From NCBI GenBank assembly GCA_038231135.1, contig JBBRLX010000008.1, positions 32,001 to 96,000 on the forward strand: a stretch of 64,000 nucleotides of DNA, given 5' to 3'. Position 1 is the stretch's first letter, and every line of letters begins with the position of its first letter. This DNA comes from Candidatus Eiseniibacteriota bacterium (GTDB lineage Bacteria > Eisenbacteria > RBG-16-71-46). Shown here piece by piece: positions 27,397 to 37,782 of the stretch. Both the position numbers and the translations under genes were made by a program. Under the pieces are notes generated by a model that was not told the origin of the DNA, ran no database searches, and saw only the letters and a list, made by a program, of their open reading frames with translations.

Positions 27397-30300
27397 CGGC
27401 CCTCCTGCAACGCCGAGACGCCGAGCGGGCCGCGGCGCAACGCCTCCATCCCCGACACCGCGGCGAGCGCCCCGGCGACGGTCGTGATCACGGGCACACC
27501 CATGGCGATCGCGCGCTCGCGAATCGCCTTCTCGTCGTATTCGGACACGCGTCCGAGCGGCGTGTTCAACACCAGCTGGATCTCCCCGTTCTCGATGAGA
27601 TCCACGACGTGTGGCCGGCCCTCGTGGACCTTGAACACCTCGCGGCAGCGTACCCCGTTGCGGGCCAGGAACCGGGCGGTTCCACGGGTCGCCACCAGTC
27701 CATACCCCAGTTCGACCAGTTTCTTCGCCATGAAAGTGATGGCGCGCTTGTCGTCGTCCCGGACGCTCAGGAACACTGCACCTTCGCGCGGAAGTGGCTC
27801 TCCCGAACCGAGATGCGCCTTCGCCAGCGCCCGCCCGAAGTCCAGGTCCCGGCCCATGACTTCACCGGTCGATTTCATTTCGGGCCCGAGCAGCGAGTCC
27901 TCGCCCGGGAACCGGTTGAAGGGTAGCACCGGTTTCTTGACGCATACGAACTCGGGCTCGGGGATGCTGGTCGGCACCAGGTCGGCGAGCCGGTCGCCCG
28001 CCATGATCCGCGCCGCGAGCCGCGCCAGCGGCACGCCGATCGCCTTGCTCACGAACGGCACGGTGCGGGACGCGCGCGGGTTCGCCTCGAGCACGTACAC
28101 GAGGTCGTTGCGCACCGCATACTGCACGTTGAGCAGCCCACGCACGCCCAGCGCCTGCGCCAGCTTCACCGTGATCTCGCGCACCTTGCGCACGGTCTCG
28201 TCGCCGAGCGTGAACGGCGGGATCACGCACGTGGAATCGCCGGAATGGATCCCGGCCTCCTCGATGTGCTCCATCACCGCCGCGACCAGCACCGACTCGC
28301 CGTCCGCGAGCGCATCGACGTCGACTTCGAGCGCCGCCTCGAGGAACTTGTCGATCAGCACCGGCTCGTTCTCCGACACCAGCGCCTCGCGCTGCAGCCA
28401 GTCCTCGAGCTCCGCGACCGTGTACACCACGCGCATGCCGCGGCCGCCAAGCACGTAGGACGGCCGCACCAGCACCGGGAACCCGAGCTGTTGTGCGCAG
28501 TGGATCGCCTGCGCGCTCGACGTCGCGGTCAGGCTCTCCGGCTGGAGCAACCCCATTGTGTCGAGCAGCTGGTGGAACCGCGCGCGGTTCTCGGCCAGGT
28601 CGAGCCCGTCCCAGGGCGTGCCCCACAGCGGCACGCCGGCCTCGTGCAGCGCCCGCGAGAGCTTGAGCGGAGTCTGGCCGCCGAGCTGCACGATCACTCC
28701 CACCGGCTGCTCGGCGTCCACCACGTTGAGCACGTCCTCGACGGTCAGCGGCTCGAAGTACAGCCGGCTCGACACGTCGTAGTCGGTGCTCACCGTCTCG
28801 GGGTTCGAGTTCACGATCAGCACGTCGTAGCCGCGCTGCTTGAGCTCGAGCGCCGCCTGCACGCAGCAGTAGTCGAACTCGAGGCCCTGGCCGATGCGGT
28901 TGGGGCCGCTGCCGAGGATCACGACGCGCGGCCGGTCGCTCGCCGGCACCTCGTCCTCCTCTTCATAGCTGGAATAGAAATACGGGGTCTCGGCCACGAA
29001 TTCGGCACCGCAGGTGTCGACCGCCTTCATGACCGGGCGGATGTCGTGCGCCAGCCGCTGCCGGCGGAACTCGGTCTCGCCCAGACCGAGCCGCACCGCC
29101 AGATGCGCGTCCGAGAATCCCATGCGCTTCGCATCGCGGACCACGCCCTCGCGCCACGGCGCGTGCGGGCCGGACGCCGCCGCGCGCACCAGCTCCTGGT
29201 CGAGCGCCACGATGCGTGCCATCTGGTTCAGGAACCAGGGATCGATGCCGGTGAGCCGCGACAGCGCCAGCGGTTCCTCCCCGGCCGCGAGCGCGCGGAA
29301 CAGGTCGACGAACCGTTCGGGGCTCGGCTCCCGCAGCGAATCGCGCAGCGCGTCGAGGTGATCGGGGTCGGGCGCCCCGGGCAGCACGTCGGCGCCGCCC
29401 TCGAGCGCGCGCAGGCCCTTGAGCATCGCCTCCGGCATCGTGCGGCCGATCGCCATCACCTCGCCCACCGACTTCATACGTGTGCCCAGCCGCCGCTCGG
29501 TGTCGCGGAACTTGTCGAACGCCCAGCGCGGAATCTTGACCACGCAGTAGTCGAGCGACGGCTCGAAACACGCCGGCGTGACGCGCGTGATGTCGTTCGG
29601 GATCTCGTCGAGCGTCATGCCGACCGCCAGCAGCGCCGAGATCTTGGCAATCGGGAACCCGGTGGCCTTGCTGGCGAGCGCCGAGCTGCGCGACACGCGC
29701 GGGTTCATCTCGATGATGCGCATCTCGCCGGTGTCGGGGTGGACCGCGAACTGGATGTTCGAGCCGCCGGCCTCGACCTTGATCGCGCGCATCACGCGGA
29801 ACGCCGCGTCGCGCATGTTCTGGTAGCACGCGTCGGTGAGCGTCTGCGCCGGCGCCACGGTGATGCTGTCGCCGGTGTGGACGCCGAGCGGATCGAAGTT
29901 TTCGATCGAGCACACGACCACGCAGTTGTCCTTGCGGTCGCGCATCACCTCGAGCTCGAATTCCTTCCAGCCGAGCAGGCACTCCTCGATCAGGATCGTG
30001 CCGTTGGGGCTGGCACTGATGCCGTAGCGGGCCGCCTCGCGGAGCTGGCGCATGTTCGACACCAGCGCCGATCCCGCGCCGCCGAGCGTGAACGACGCGC
30101 GCAGCACCAGCGGATAGCCCAGCTCCTCGCCGAGCGCCACCGCGTCCGCGACGCTCGCCGCGTAGCCGCTGCGCGGCAGCAGCAGCCCCGCCTTGAGCAT
30201 CGCCTGCTTGAACCGGTCGCGGTCCTCCGCGGTCTCGATCGCCTCGAGCGACGCGCCGATCAACTCGACGCCGTGGCGCTCGAGCGCTCCCGAGTGCGCC

Positions 30301-30605
30301 AGCGCCACCGCGAGATTGAGCGCCGTCTGGCCGCCCAGTGTCGGCAGGATCGCGTCCGGTTTCTCGCGCTCGAGGATGCGCTCGGCGACGTCGGGCAGCA
30401 GCGGCTCGATGTACGTGCGGTCGGCGAACTCCGGGTCGGTCATGATCGTCGCCGGATTCGAGTTGAGCAGCACCACCTCGATGCCCAGCGACCGCAACGC
30501 CCGGCACGCCTGGGTGCCCGAGTAGTCGAACTCGCACGCCTGCCCGATCACGATCGGCCCCGCGCCCAGCACCATCACCTTCTTGAGATCGGTGCGCGCC
30601 GGCAT
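27393..30605 (-). CDS. carB: Carbamoyl-phosphate synthase large subunit
   Basis: [47 protein letters not shown]-terminal MGS domain. Confidence 0.98.
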   Translation of the reverse strand: MPARTDLKKVMVLGAGPIVIGQACEFDYSGTQACRALRSLGIEVVLLNSNPATIMTDPEFADRTYIEPLLPDVAERILEREKPDAILPTLGGQTALNLAVALAHSGALERHGVELIGASLEAIETAEDRDRFKQAMLKAGLLLPRSGYAASVADAVALGEELGYPLVLRASFTLGGAGSALVSNMRQLREAARYGISASPNGTILIEECLLGWKEFELEVMRDRKDNCVVVCSIENFDPLGVHTGDSITVAPAQTLTDACYQNMRDAAFRVMRAIKVEAGGSNIQFAVHPDTGEMRIIEMNPRVSRSSALASKATGFPIAKISALLAVGMTLDEIPNDITRVTPACFEPSLDYCVVKIPRWAFDKFRDTERRLGTRMKSVGEVMAIGRTMPEAMLKGLRALEGGADVLPGAPDPDHLDALRDSLREPSPERFVDLFRALAAGEEPLALSRLTGIDPWFLNQMARIVALDQELVRAAASGPHAPWREGVVRDAKRMGFSDAHLAVRLGLGETEFRRQRLAHDIRPVMKAVDTCGAEFVAETPYFYSSYEEEDEVPASDRPRVVILGSGPNRIGQGLEFDYCCVQAALELKQRGYDVLIVNSNPETVSTDYDVSSRLYFEPLTVEDVLNVVDAEQPVGVIVQLGGQTPLKLSRALHEAGVPLWGTPWDGLDLAENRARFHQLLDTMGLLQPESLTATSSAQAIHCAQQLGFPVLVRPSYVLGGRGMRVVYTVAELEDWLQREALVSENEPVLIDKFLEAALEVDVDALADGESVLVAAVMEHIEEAGIHSGDSTCVIPPFTLGDETVRKVREITVKLAQALGVRGLLNVQYAVRNDLVYVLEANPRASRTVPFVSKAIGVPLARLAARIMAGDRLADLVPTSIPEPEFVCVKKPVLPFNRFPGEDSLLGPEMKSTGEVMGRDLDFGRALAKAHLGSGEPLPREGAVFLSVRDDDKRAITFMAKKLVELGYGLVATRGTARFLARNGVRCREVFKVHEGRPHVVDLIENGEIQLVLNTPLGRVSEYDEKAIRERAIAMGVPVITTVAGALAAVSGMEALRRGPLGVSALQEGR

Positions 30606-30709
30606 CAGTGGACCCCTTCCGGCGCCGGCTCGAGGCTCGCGAGCGCCGCCACGCCGAATGCCATCGAGAGCCCGATCGCGAGGCCTTTGACGAAGATCGT
30701 TGGCGTCAT
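30605..30709 (-). CDS. 34-aa hydrophobic mini-ORF, probable internally deleted LysE-family remnant
   Basis: [38 protein letters not shown] overlap upstream and TGATG overlap with carB; absent from the ORF track. Confidence 0.7.
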   Translation of the reverse strand: MTPTIFVKGLAIGLSMAFGVAALASLEPAPEGVH

Positions 30710-31206
30710 AGCCAGCGCCTCACCTGGCCGCGATAGTCCCGGTACGCCTGACCGAACTTCGCCTCCATGTAGCGCTCCTCGCGCCCGATCACGACCACGT
30801 TCAGCACCAGGATGACGAGCGGCAGCAGCACCAGCATCCAGACGATGCCGAACAGGATCGCGGCGGCGGCGAACATCAGCACCATCGACAGGTACATCGG
30901 GTTGCGCGAGAACTTGAACGGCCCTTCGATCACTAGCGCGTTCACGGGCCGGTAGGGACTGGGGCTCGTATGCGCCTTCCGCATCACCATGAGCGCGGGC
31001 GGGCCGATGCCGGCAGCGGCAACGAGCAGCAGGATCGCGATCGTGAGCCCGACCATGCCCCAGACTCCCGGCAGCGCCGGCTTCAAGGGCACCGCCCGCT
31101 GGAGCACGGCAGCGACGATGAACGCGAGCAGGAACACCAGCGGCGCCGGGAAGCCGCGCGTCGCGGCGGCTTCAGGCATGGGAGTGATCGGCGCGGTCGT
31201 GCTCAT
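30706..31206 (-). CDS. Isoprenylcysteine carboxyl methyltransferase (ICMT/PEMT/Ste14) family membrane protein
   Basis: [16 protein letters not shown] and [16 protein letters not shown]...VRRWL; ATGA overlap with carA. Confidence 0.9.
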   Translation of the reverse strand: MSTTAPITPMPEAAATRGFPAPLVFLLAFIVAAVLQRAVPLKPALPGVWGMVGLTIAILLLVAAAGIGPPALMVMRKAHTSPSPYRPVNALVIEGPFKFSRNPMYLSMVLMFAAAAILFGIVWMLVLLPLVILVLNVVVIGREERYMEAKFGQAYRDYRGQVRRWL

Positions 31207-32366
31207 CGCGGGTTGGCCACGAGCGCCGGATTGCGCTTCGCGCGCCTGGGCTTGCGGACGACGAGGTCCGCGAACGCGCGGAACCACGGCCGCGAGTCGT
31301 GCGGGCCGGCGCTGGCCTCGGGATGGTACTGGCACGACAGCACCGGCAGCGTCTTGTGGCGCATGCCTTCGAGCGTCCCGTCGTTGGCGCTGAAGTGCGT
31401 GAGCTCGAATTCGTCGGGCAGTGTCGCCGGATCGACCATGAAGCCGTGGTTCTGCGACGTGATCTCGATCACGCCGGTGCGCCGGTCGATCACCGGGTGG
31501 TTGATGCCGCGGTGGCCGAACTTGAGCTTGCCCGACACGCCGCCGAACGCGAGCCCCAGCAGCTGGTGACCGAGGCAGATGCCGAGCGTGGGCAGCTTGT
31601 GCGCCAGCTCGCGCGTGGTGGCGATCGCGAAATCGAGCGGCTCGGGGTCGCCGGGGCCGTTCGACAGGATGACGCCCGCCGGATCCAGCGCCAGCACCTC
31701 GGCGGCCGTCGTGCGGGCCGGGAACACCTGCACGCGAAACCCCTCGGCGTGCGCCCGCCGCAGGATGCCGTACTTGGCGCCGTAGTCCATCACCGCGATC
31801 AGCGGCTTGTCGGCGTCGCGAGGATCCGGCGTCTCGGACCGCCCGGCGGCGGTCCACCACCAGGCTTCCGTGCAGGTGACGAGATCGGCGAGCGCCAGCC
31901 CCAGCATCGACGGGCTGTTGCGCGCCTTGTCGACCAGCACGTCGGCATCGTCCTCGATCGCCGACAGGCAGCCACGCATCACACCCTGGTCGCGCAGGTG
32001 GCGCGTGAGCGCGCGCGTGTCGATGTTGCAGATGCCGGGCACGCCGCGCTCCGCCAGCAGATCGCCGAGCCGGCCCTCCGAGCGGTAGTTGCTCGGAAAC
32101 TCGCACAGCTCACGGCAGATCATGCCCTGCGCGCGCACCTGGTCGCTCTCCCAGTCCTCGGAGTTCACGCCATAGTTGCCGAGCAGGGGATAGGTGAACG
32201 CCACGATCTGGCCGCAATAGGACGGATCGGTCAGCACCTCCTGGTAACCGGTCATCGAGGTGTTGAACACCACCTCGCCGGTCGTCTCGGCCGGCGCACC
32301 GACGGACTCGCCGCGGAACACGCGGCCGTCCTCGAGCGCCAGGATCGCGGGCGGGCGGCGGATCAT
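31203..32366 (-). CDS. carA: Carbamoyl-phosphate synthase small subunit
   Basis: GEVVFNTSMTGYQEVLTDPSY, LSNGPGDP, GICLGHQ, QYHPEASAGPHD. Confidence 0.98.
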   Translation of the reverse strand: MIRRPPAILALEDGRVFRGESVGAPAETTGEVVFNTSMTGYQEVLTDPSYCGQIVAFTYPLLGNYGVNSEDWESDQVRAQGMICRELCEFPSNYRSEGRLGDLLAERGVPGICNIDTRALTRHLRDQGVMRGCLSAIEDDADVLVDKARNSPSMLGLALADLVTCTEAWWWTAAGRSETPDPRDADKPLIAVMDYGAKYGILRRAHAEGFRVQVFPARTTAAEVLALDPAGVILSNGPGDPEPLDFAIATTRELAHKLPTLGICLGHQLLGLAFGGVSGKLKFGHRGINHPVIDRRTGVIEITSQNHGFMVDPATLPDEFELTHFSANDGTLEGMRHKTLPVLSCQYHPEASAGPHDSRPWFRAFADLVVRKPRRAKRNPALVANPR

Positions 32367-33742
32367 CGGCCGCTGTCCGCGAACGACGGCTGCCCGGCGA
32401 ACGCGCCGGACCTGGCACCGGCGGGCTCGACGCCCAGCGCCACCAGGTCGGGGTGGGCGTGCGTGACGCGTCCGGCGCACACCGTGGCGAACACCGCGCC
32501 CTTCAGCCGCCAGCCGGCGAACGGGGTGTTGCGCCCCTGTGAATGAAACGTCTCAGGGTTCACGGTCCACTCCTCATCGGGCCGGATCAGTACGAGGTCG
32601 GCCGGGGATCCCGCCGCCAGTTCCACGCGCGGCAGGCCAAACACGCGTCGCGGCGCGTCGGTCCACAGCTCGAGCGCGCGGACCCTCTCGATGTGCCCAG
32701 GGCCGACGAGATGCGTGATCGTTTGAGCCAGCGCCGTCTCGAGCCCCACGATGCCGAACGGCGCCTGCTCGAACGGCAGGTCCTTGTCGGCCGCGCGGTG
32801 CGGAGCATGGTCGGTGGCGAGGCAGTCGATCGTGCCGTCGGCGATCGCGTCGATCACCGCCCGGCGGTCGCGCTCGGTGCGCAGCGGCGGATTCATCTTG
32901 GCCCGCGTGTCGGCCCGACCGTCCGAGACCACGGCCGCGTCGGTGAGCGTCCAGTAGTGCGGGCATGTCTCGCCCGACACCTTGAGCCCGCGCCGCTTGC
33001 CATCGCGCAGCGCGTCGAGCGATGGCGCGCACGACAGGTGCGCGAAGTGGACCCGGCCGCGCGTCAGCTCGGCGAGGTCGCAGTCGCGGCGCACCATCAC
33101 GCTCTCGGCGGCGTTCGGGATGCCGGCGATGCCGAGCCGCGTGGCCACGGCGCCTTCGTTCAGGTGCCCGTCGCCGCGCAGCGTCAGGTCCTCCTCGTGG
33201 ACGATCACCGGCAGCTTCGTCTGCGCCGCATACTCGAGCGCGCGGCGCATCACCGCCGCCGACATCACCGGCCGGCCATCGTCGCTGAACGCCGCCGCTC
33301 CGGCGTGCGCCAGCGCGACCATGTCGGTGAGCTGCTCGCCGTTCTGGCCCTGGGTGACGGCGGCGATCGGCAGCACCCGGCAGTGCCCCGCCGTCTCCGC
33401 GCGCCTAAGCACCCATTCGATCCACTCCGGCGTGTCGAGCACCGGCTCGGTGTTCGGCATACACAGCACGCTCGTGAATCCGCCGGCGGCGGCCGCGCGC
33501 GTGCCCGACTCGATCGTCTCGCGCGCCGACCCGCCCGGCTCCCGCAGATGCACGTGCACGTCGACCAACCCTGGCGCCAGCACGGCGCCCGCGGCGTCGA
33601 TCACCGTGGCCTCGGCGCCCGCGGGCGGCTCGATCGGCACGCCGCCGATCGCCACGATCACGCCGTCGGCGCACAGCGCCTCGACGTCGCGGCCGGTGCG
33701 CCAGTGGACCGCGTTGCGGATGCGCAGCATCGGGCCGCTCAC
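32363..33742 (-). CDS. pyrC: Dihydroorotase (type I)
   Basis: DVHVHLREPG, MPNT, KMNPPLR, ATDHAPH, NTPF. Confidence 0.96.
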   Translation of the reverse strand: MSGPMLRIRNAVHWRTGRDVEALCADGVIVAIGGVPIEPPAGAEATVIDAAGAVLAPGLVDVHVHLREPGGSARETIESGTRAAAAGGFTSVLCMPNTEPVLDTPEWIEWVLRRAETAGHCRVLPIAAVTQGQNGEQLTDMVALAHAGAAAFSDDGRPVMSAAVMRRALEYAAQTKLPVIVHEEDLTLRGDGHLNEGAVATRLGIAGIPNAAESVMVRRDCDLAELTRGRVHFAHLSCAPSLDALRDGKRRGLKVSGETCPHYWTLTDAAVVSDGRADTRAKMNPPLRTERDRRAVIDAIADGTIDCLATDHAPHRAADKDLPFEQAPFGIVGLETALAQTITHLVGPGHIERVRALELWTDAPRRVFGLPRVELAAGSPADLVLIRPDEEWTVNPETFHSQGRNTPFAGWRLKGAVFATVCAGRVTHAHPDLVALGVEPAGARSGAFAGQPSFADSGR

Positions 33743-34818
33743 GACGCCTCCCCTGCGGACGCGTGCACGGCGCCCGGGGCGCCCGGCGCGCTACGGGTGC
33801 CCCGCGTCGCGCGCGCGCCGCCCGCGCCGCGGGCACGGGCGCAGCGCTCGAGCACGGCGCAGCGCACGGCGGCGCCGTTTTCGACCTGCTGCCAGATGCG
33901 CGAGTGCGGCCCGTCGACCACAGCGGACGTCACTTCGACGTCGCGGTTGAACGGCCCCGGGTGCAGTACCACGGCGCCCGGCTTCATGAGCCCGACGCGC
34001 GCGTCGTTCACGCCCCACATCCGCGCGTATTCGGCGGACGACGGCACGAGGCCCTGTCCCATGCGTTCGTGCTGGATGCGCAGCGCCATCACGCCGTCGG
34101 CGTCGCGCATTGCGTCGGCGGTGGTGGGCGCGACCCCGCAGCCCAGCGCCTCGACGTCCTGCGGCATCAGTGTGGCCGGACCCGCCACCGTGACCGACGC
34201 GCCCATCGCGCGCAGGCCGTGGATCGCGGAGCGCGCCACCCGCGAGTGCGCGATGTCGCCGACGATCGCGAGCCGCCGGCCCTCGAACCGCCCGTGCCAC
34301 GCGTCGCGCAGGGTGAGCAGATCGAGCAGGCCCTGGGTCGGGTGCTCGTGAGCGCCGTCGCCGGCATTCACCACTCCCGCATCGAGACGCGCGGCCAGCC
34401 ACGCCGCAGCCCCCGCCGAGCGATGACGCACCACCACGAGATCCACCCCCATCGACACCACGGTCCGAAGCGTGTCGTGCAGCGTCTCGCCCTTCGACAT
34501 CGACGAGCCCTGCGGAAACAACGTCACCGGCATCCCGCCCAACCGGCGGGCGGCCAACTCGAACGACACCCGCGTACGGGTCGAATCCTCGAAGAACGCC
34601 AGGCACACGGCGATGCCGCGCAACGCGTCCGACACGCTGCGCGCCCGGGCCGCGGCCCGGAATTCGACGGCGCGATCCAGCAGGCTCTCGAGGCTCGCGC
34701 GGCTCATGCCCTCGAGACCGAGCAGGTGCGGTCCGGACTCGCGAATCGACGGGATACGAAAAACCCCCGCGTCGGTGAACAAAGACGCCGGGGCGTTCCG
34801 AAGCGCAGATCGGCTCAT
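33739..34818 (-). CDS. pyrB: Aspartate carbamoyltransferase catalytic subunit
   Basis: FFEDSTRTR, NAGDGAHEHPTQGLLD, GDIAHSRVARS, HPGP; ATG 34818 follows AGGGGGAG. Confidence 0.96.
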   Translation of the reverse strand: MSRSALRNAPASLFTDAGVFRIPSIRESGPHLLGLEGMSRASLESLLDRAVEFRAAARARSVSDALRGIAVCLAFFEDSTRTRVSFELAARRLGGMPVTLFPQGSSMSKGETLHDTLRTVVSMGVDLVVVRHRSAGAAAWLAARLDAGVVNAGDGAHEHPTQGLLDLLTLRDAWHGRFEGRRLAIVGDIAHSRVARSAIHGLRAMGASVTVAGPATLMPQDVEALGCGVAPTTADAMRDADGVMALRIQHERMGQGLVPSSAEYARMWGVNDARVGLMKPGAVVLHPGPFNRDVEVTSAVVDGPHSRIWQQVENGAAVRCAVLERCARARGAGGARATRGTRSAPGAPGAVHASAGEAS

Positions 34819-34827
34819 TCGACTCCC

Positions 34828-34860
34828 CCTTTTGCGGCCTCTCAGGGCCACGTTAAAAGG
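34828..34860 (-). promoter_or_regulatory. PyrR-binding RNA hairpin overlapping the pyrB Shine-Dalgarno
   Basis: mRNA CCUUUU-AAC-GUGGCC-CUGAGA-GGCCGC-AAAAGG: CNGNGA hexaloop, upper stem, A-rich bulge and CUUUU/AAAAG lower stem, as in the Bacillus pyr binding loops. Confidence 0.85.
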
Positions 34861-34886
34861 CACTCGCTCGGATGAAATCCACATCG

Positions 34887-34916
34887 AATCTATCGGACTT
34901 GGGACCCTGTTGGCAA
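34887..34916 (-). promoter_or_regulatory. Sigma70-type promoter of the pyrB operon
   Basis: TTGCCA (34916-34911), N18, TAGATT (34892-34887). Confidence 0.6.
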
Positions 34917-35001
34917 GGAGATCGCGATCCGCGATAAAATATTGCCATCGCTGAACCTGACCCACCCCCATCCCCCACGGAAAGCCCCTATGATTCCCCA
35001 A

Positions 35002-35928
35002 ATGACCGGCATGCTCACCCTGCTCGCCCTGGCCGTCGCCGCCCCGCTCCACCCGGCCCACCCGGTCATCCTGACCGCGGTCGCCACGGACACGCTGCGC
35101 GCCGCGATCCTCAAGGATCGCGAGGACACCAGGGACTGGCTCAAGACCAAGCCCACCTCCTACCTGGCCACGGTCCAGCGGCGGGATTTCGGCGACCGGC
35201 AGACGCTCACCGTGGGCCGCGACGCCGGCAACGACGTGCGGATCGACGATCCCGTGTTCGCGGCGCGTGCGCTGCGGGTGACCGTCGTCGGGGACTCCTT
35301 CCACGTCGAGGCGGTGGACCCGGACGCCCGCTTCACGGCGAAGCGCGGCGCCACCACGGACACTCTGCGCGACGCGACGCTCCCGCCCAGCAACATCGGC
35401 GTGGACCGGTTCACGATCCGGCTGTCGCACCAGCGGTTCCCGGCGCTGATCGTGTTCGATCCCCAGAGCCCCGGATTCTCGCGCTACAAGGGCCTCGACT
35501 GGTTTCCGGTCGATTTCGCCTACCGCTACGAGCTGCCGCTCATCCCCAATGCCAGCGCCGACACCGTGATCATCATGTCGACGCGCGGCAACGCCCGCCG
35601 TGCGCTGCGCGTGGGCTGGTTCGACTTCACGGTCGCCGGCAAGCCGTGCCGGCTCGAGGCCAACCGGCTGCTCGAACCGGGCGTGGACGAGAAGAGCGTG
35701 AGCGTGTTCTTTCGCGACGCCACCACCGGCAAGCAGACCTACAGCGTCGGCCGCTACGTCGATCCCGAGCTGCTGCCGAGCGGCCTGTGGCTGCTGGATT
35801 TCAACAACGCCTACAACCCGGCGTGCGCGGTGTCGGATCATTACAATTGCCCGATTCCCCGCAAAACGAATACGCTGGCGGTGGCGGTCGAAGCTGGCGA
35901 GAAGGACATGCACTACCACGAGAAGTAG
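35002..35928 (+). CDS. DUF1684 family exported protein
   Basis: Signal peptide; FRDATTGKQTYSVGRY and LDFNNAYNPACAVSDHYNCPIP. Start may be 34990, 35002 or 35011. Confidence 0.9.
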   Translation: MTGMLTLLALAVAAPLHPAHPVILTAVATDTLRAAILKDREDTRDWLKTKPTSYLATVQRRDFGDRQTLTVGRDAGNDVRIDDPVFAARALRVTVVGDSFHVEAVDPDARFTAKRGATTDTLRDATLPPSNIGVDRFTIRLSHQRFPALIVFDPQSPGFSRYKGLDWFPVDFAYRYELPLIPNASADTVIIMSTRGNARRALRVGWFDFTVAGKPCRLEANRLLEPGVDEKSVSVFFRDATTGKQTYSVGRYVDPELLPSGLWLLDFNNAYNPACAVSDHYNCPIPRKTNTLAVAVEAGEKDMHYHEK

Positions 35929-36000
35929 GTTCGTGCGGCCGCGGCGCCCGAAGCTCCGGTCGCGGCGCGAGTCATGTGGGAATCCGATGAGGTCGTCGAG

Positions 36001-36699
36001 ATGAGTCCAGCCAAGTCACGCACGGCGGCAGGCCGGCGGCGCACCGGAGATGTGCCGGTGGAGCCGCCCGAGACTCCCGCGACTCCGGATCCCGTGCGCC
36101 CGCGCCTGAGCATCGTTCCTCCGGCGCCCGCCGCCACCGGCGAGGAACCTGCCACCGAACGCCACGCGCGGATCGGTGACGACGCCGTGAAGGCCGCGAC
36201 CGGCCGCACGTGGAAGCAGTGGTTCAAGATCCTCGACGGCGAGGAGGCCGCCACCTGGTCGCATCGCCGGATCGCAAACTTCCTCTACCAGCAGCACGAG
36301 GTGCCGGGCTGGTGGGCGCAGATGGTGACGGTCGGGTTCGAGCAGGCGCGCGGCCTGCGTGCGCCGCACCAGACCGCGACCGGCTTCACCGCGAATCGGA
36401 GCGCCACGTTCGAGGCCCCGCTCGCCCGGCTGTACGAAGCGTGGGACGACCCCAAGGTGCGGGACCGGTGGCTCGACGAATCCGACATCGAGATCCGCAC
36501 GTCGACCCCGCAGAAATCGATGCGCATCACCTGGTCGGACGGCGCCACGCGCGTGGAGGTGAACTTCAACTCCAAGGGCGAGCAGCGCAGCATGGTGCAG
36601 GTCCAGCACCACAAGCTCGTCGACCACAACGCGCTCGAGCAGGCCAAGCGGTACTGGGAGGCGCGGCTCTCGAAGCTGAAGTCGATGCTCGAGAAGTGA
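36001..36699 (+). CDS. DUF4287-like plus SRPBCC/Aha1-like protein
   Basis: VKAATGRTWKQWF...GWWAQMVTV, then LYEAWDDP..RDRW and a C-terminal W...L..LK helix. Confidence 0.7.
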   Translation: MSPAKSRTAAGRRRTGDVPVEPPETPATPDPVRPRLSIVPPAPAATGEEPATERHARIGDDAVKAATGRTWKQWFKILDGEEAATWSHRRIANFLYQQHEVPGWWAQMVTVGFEQARGLRAPHQTATGFTANRSATFEAPLARLYEAWDDPKVRDRWLDESDIEIRTSTPQKSMRITWSDGATRVEVNFNSKGEQRSMVQVQHHKLVDHNALEQAKRYWEARLSKLKSMLEK

Positions 36700-36759
36700 C
36701 CGGGCTCAATCGGATCTGCTACGCGCCCGCCGCCGGGATCGTGCTGAGCCGCGACGCCC

Positions 36760-37308
<549 letters not shown>

Positions 37309-37782
37309 CGATCCTCCCGGGATGTGTGCCGCCGCCGCGCAGGGCCATGGAACGAAGCTGCCTAAAGGGCGGGTGAGTCTCGGCTCTGACGGGGTCACGA
37401 TAAGCTGCCCGGCGCGCGTGGCGCAACAGGAGCGGCCGCGTCGGAGCGCGCGTGGCGGCTGGGCTACGCACCGCGGCACAACGGTGTCCGGAAGCGGCCG
37501 GCTAACGCACGTTGTCCGCGGACAGGACGGGACGAAAATCCGCGCGGCAACAGTGTGATACCCCGGTGTGGCGCCCCCGTCCCTGCTCTACCCCCGGCCC
37601 GCCAACTTCCCCGCGCGATCGGGGTATTGCGAATACCAGGATCAGGCTCCTGGGGGGTGCGGCGCCGGCCGGGGTGGTCACTGGCTCCGGAAGGCCCGCG
37701 CCCTTAAGCTGAATGAGACAGAGCCCCACCATCGGTCCCCGGCTCGTTCCGGGGGCCGTAGGCGCGTCGAGAGGAGATCCCC

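Noticed and set aside
37334..37350. GGCCCTGCGCGGC upstream of pyrR as a second PyrR site
   Set aside because: The loop CUGCGC breaks CNGNGA, the stem is 3 bp and the lower stem is absent.
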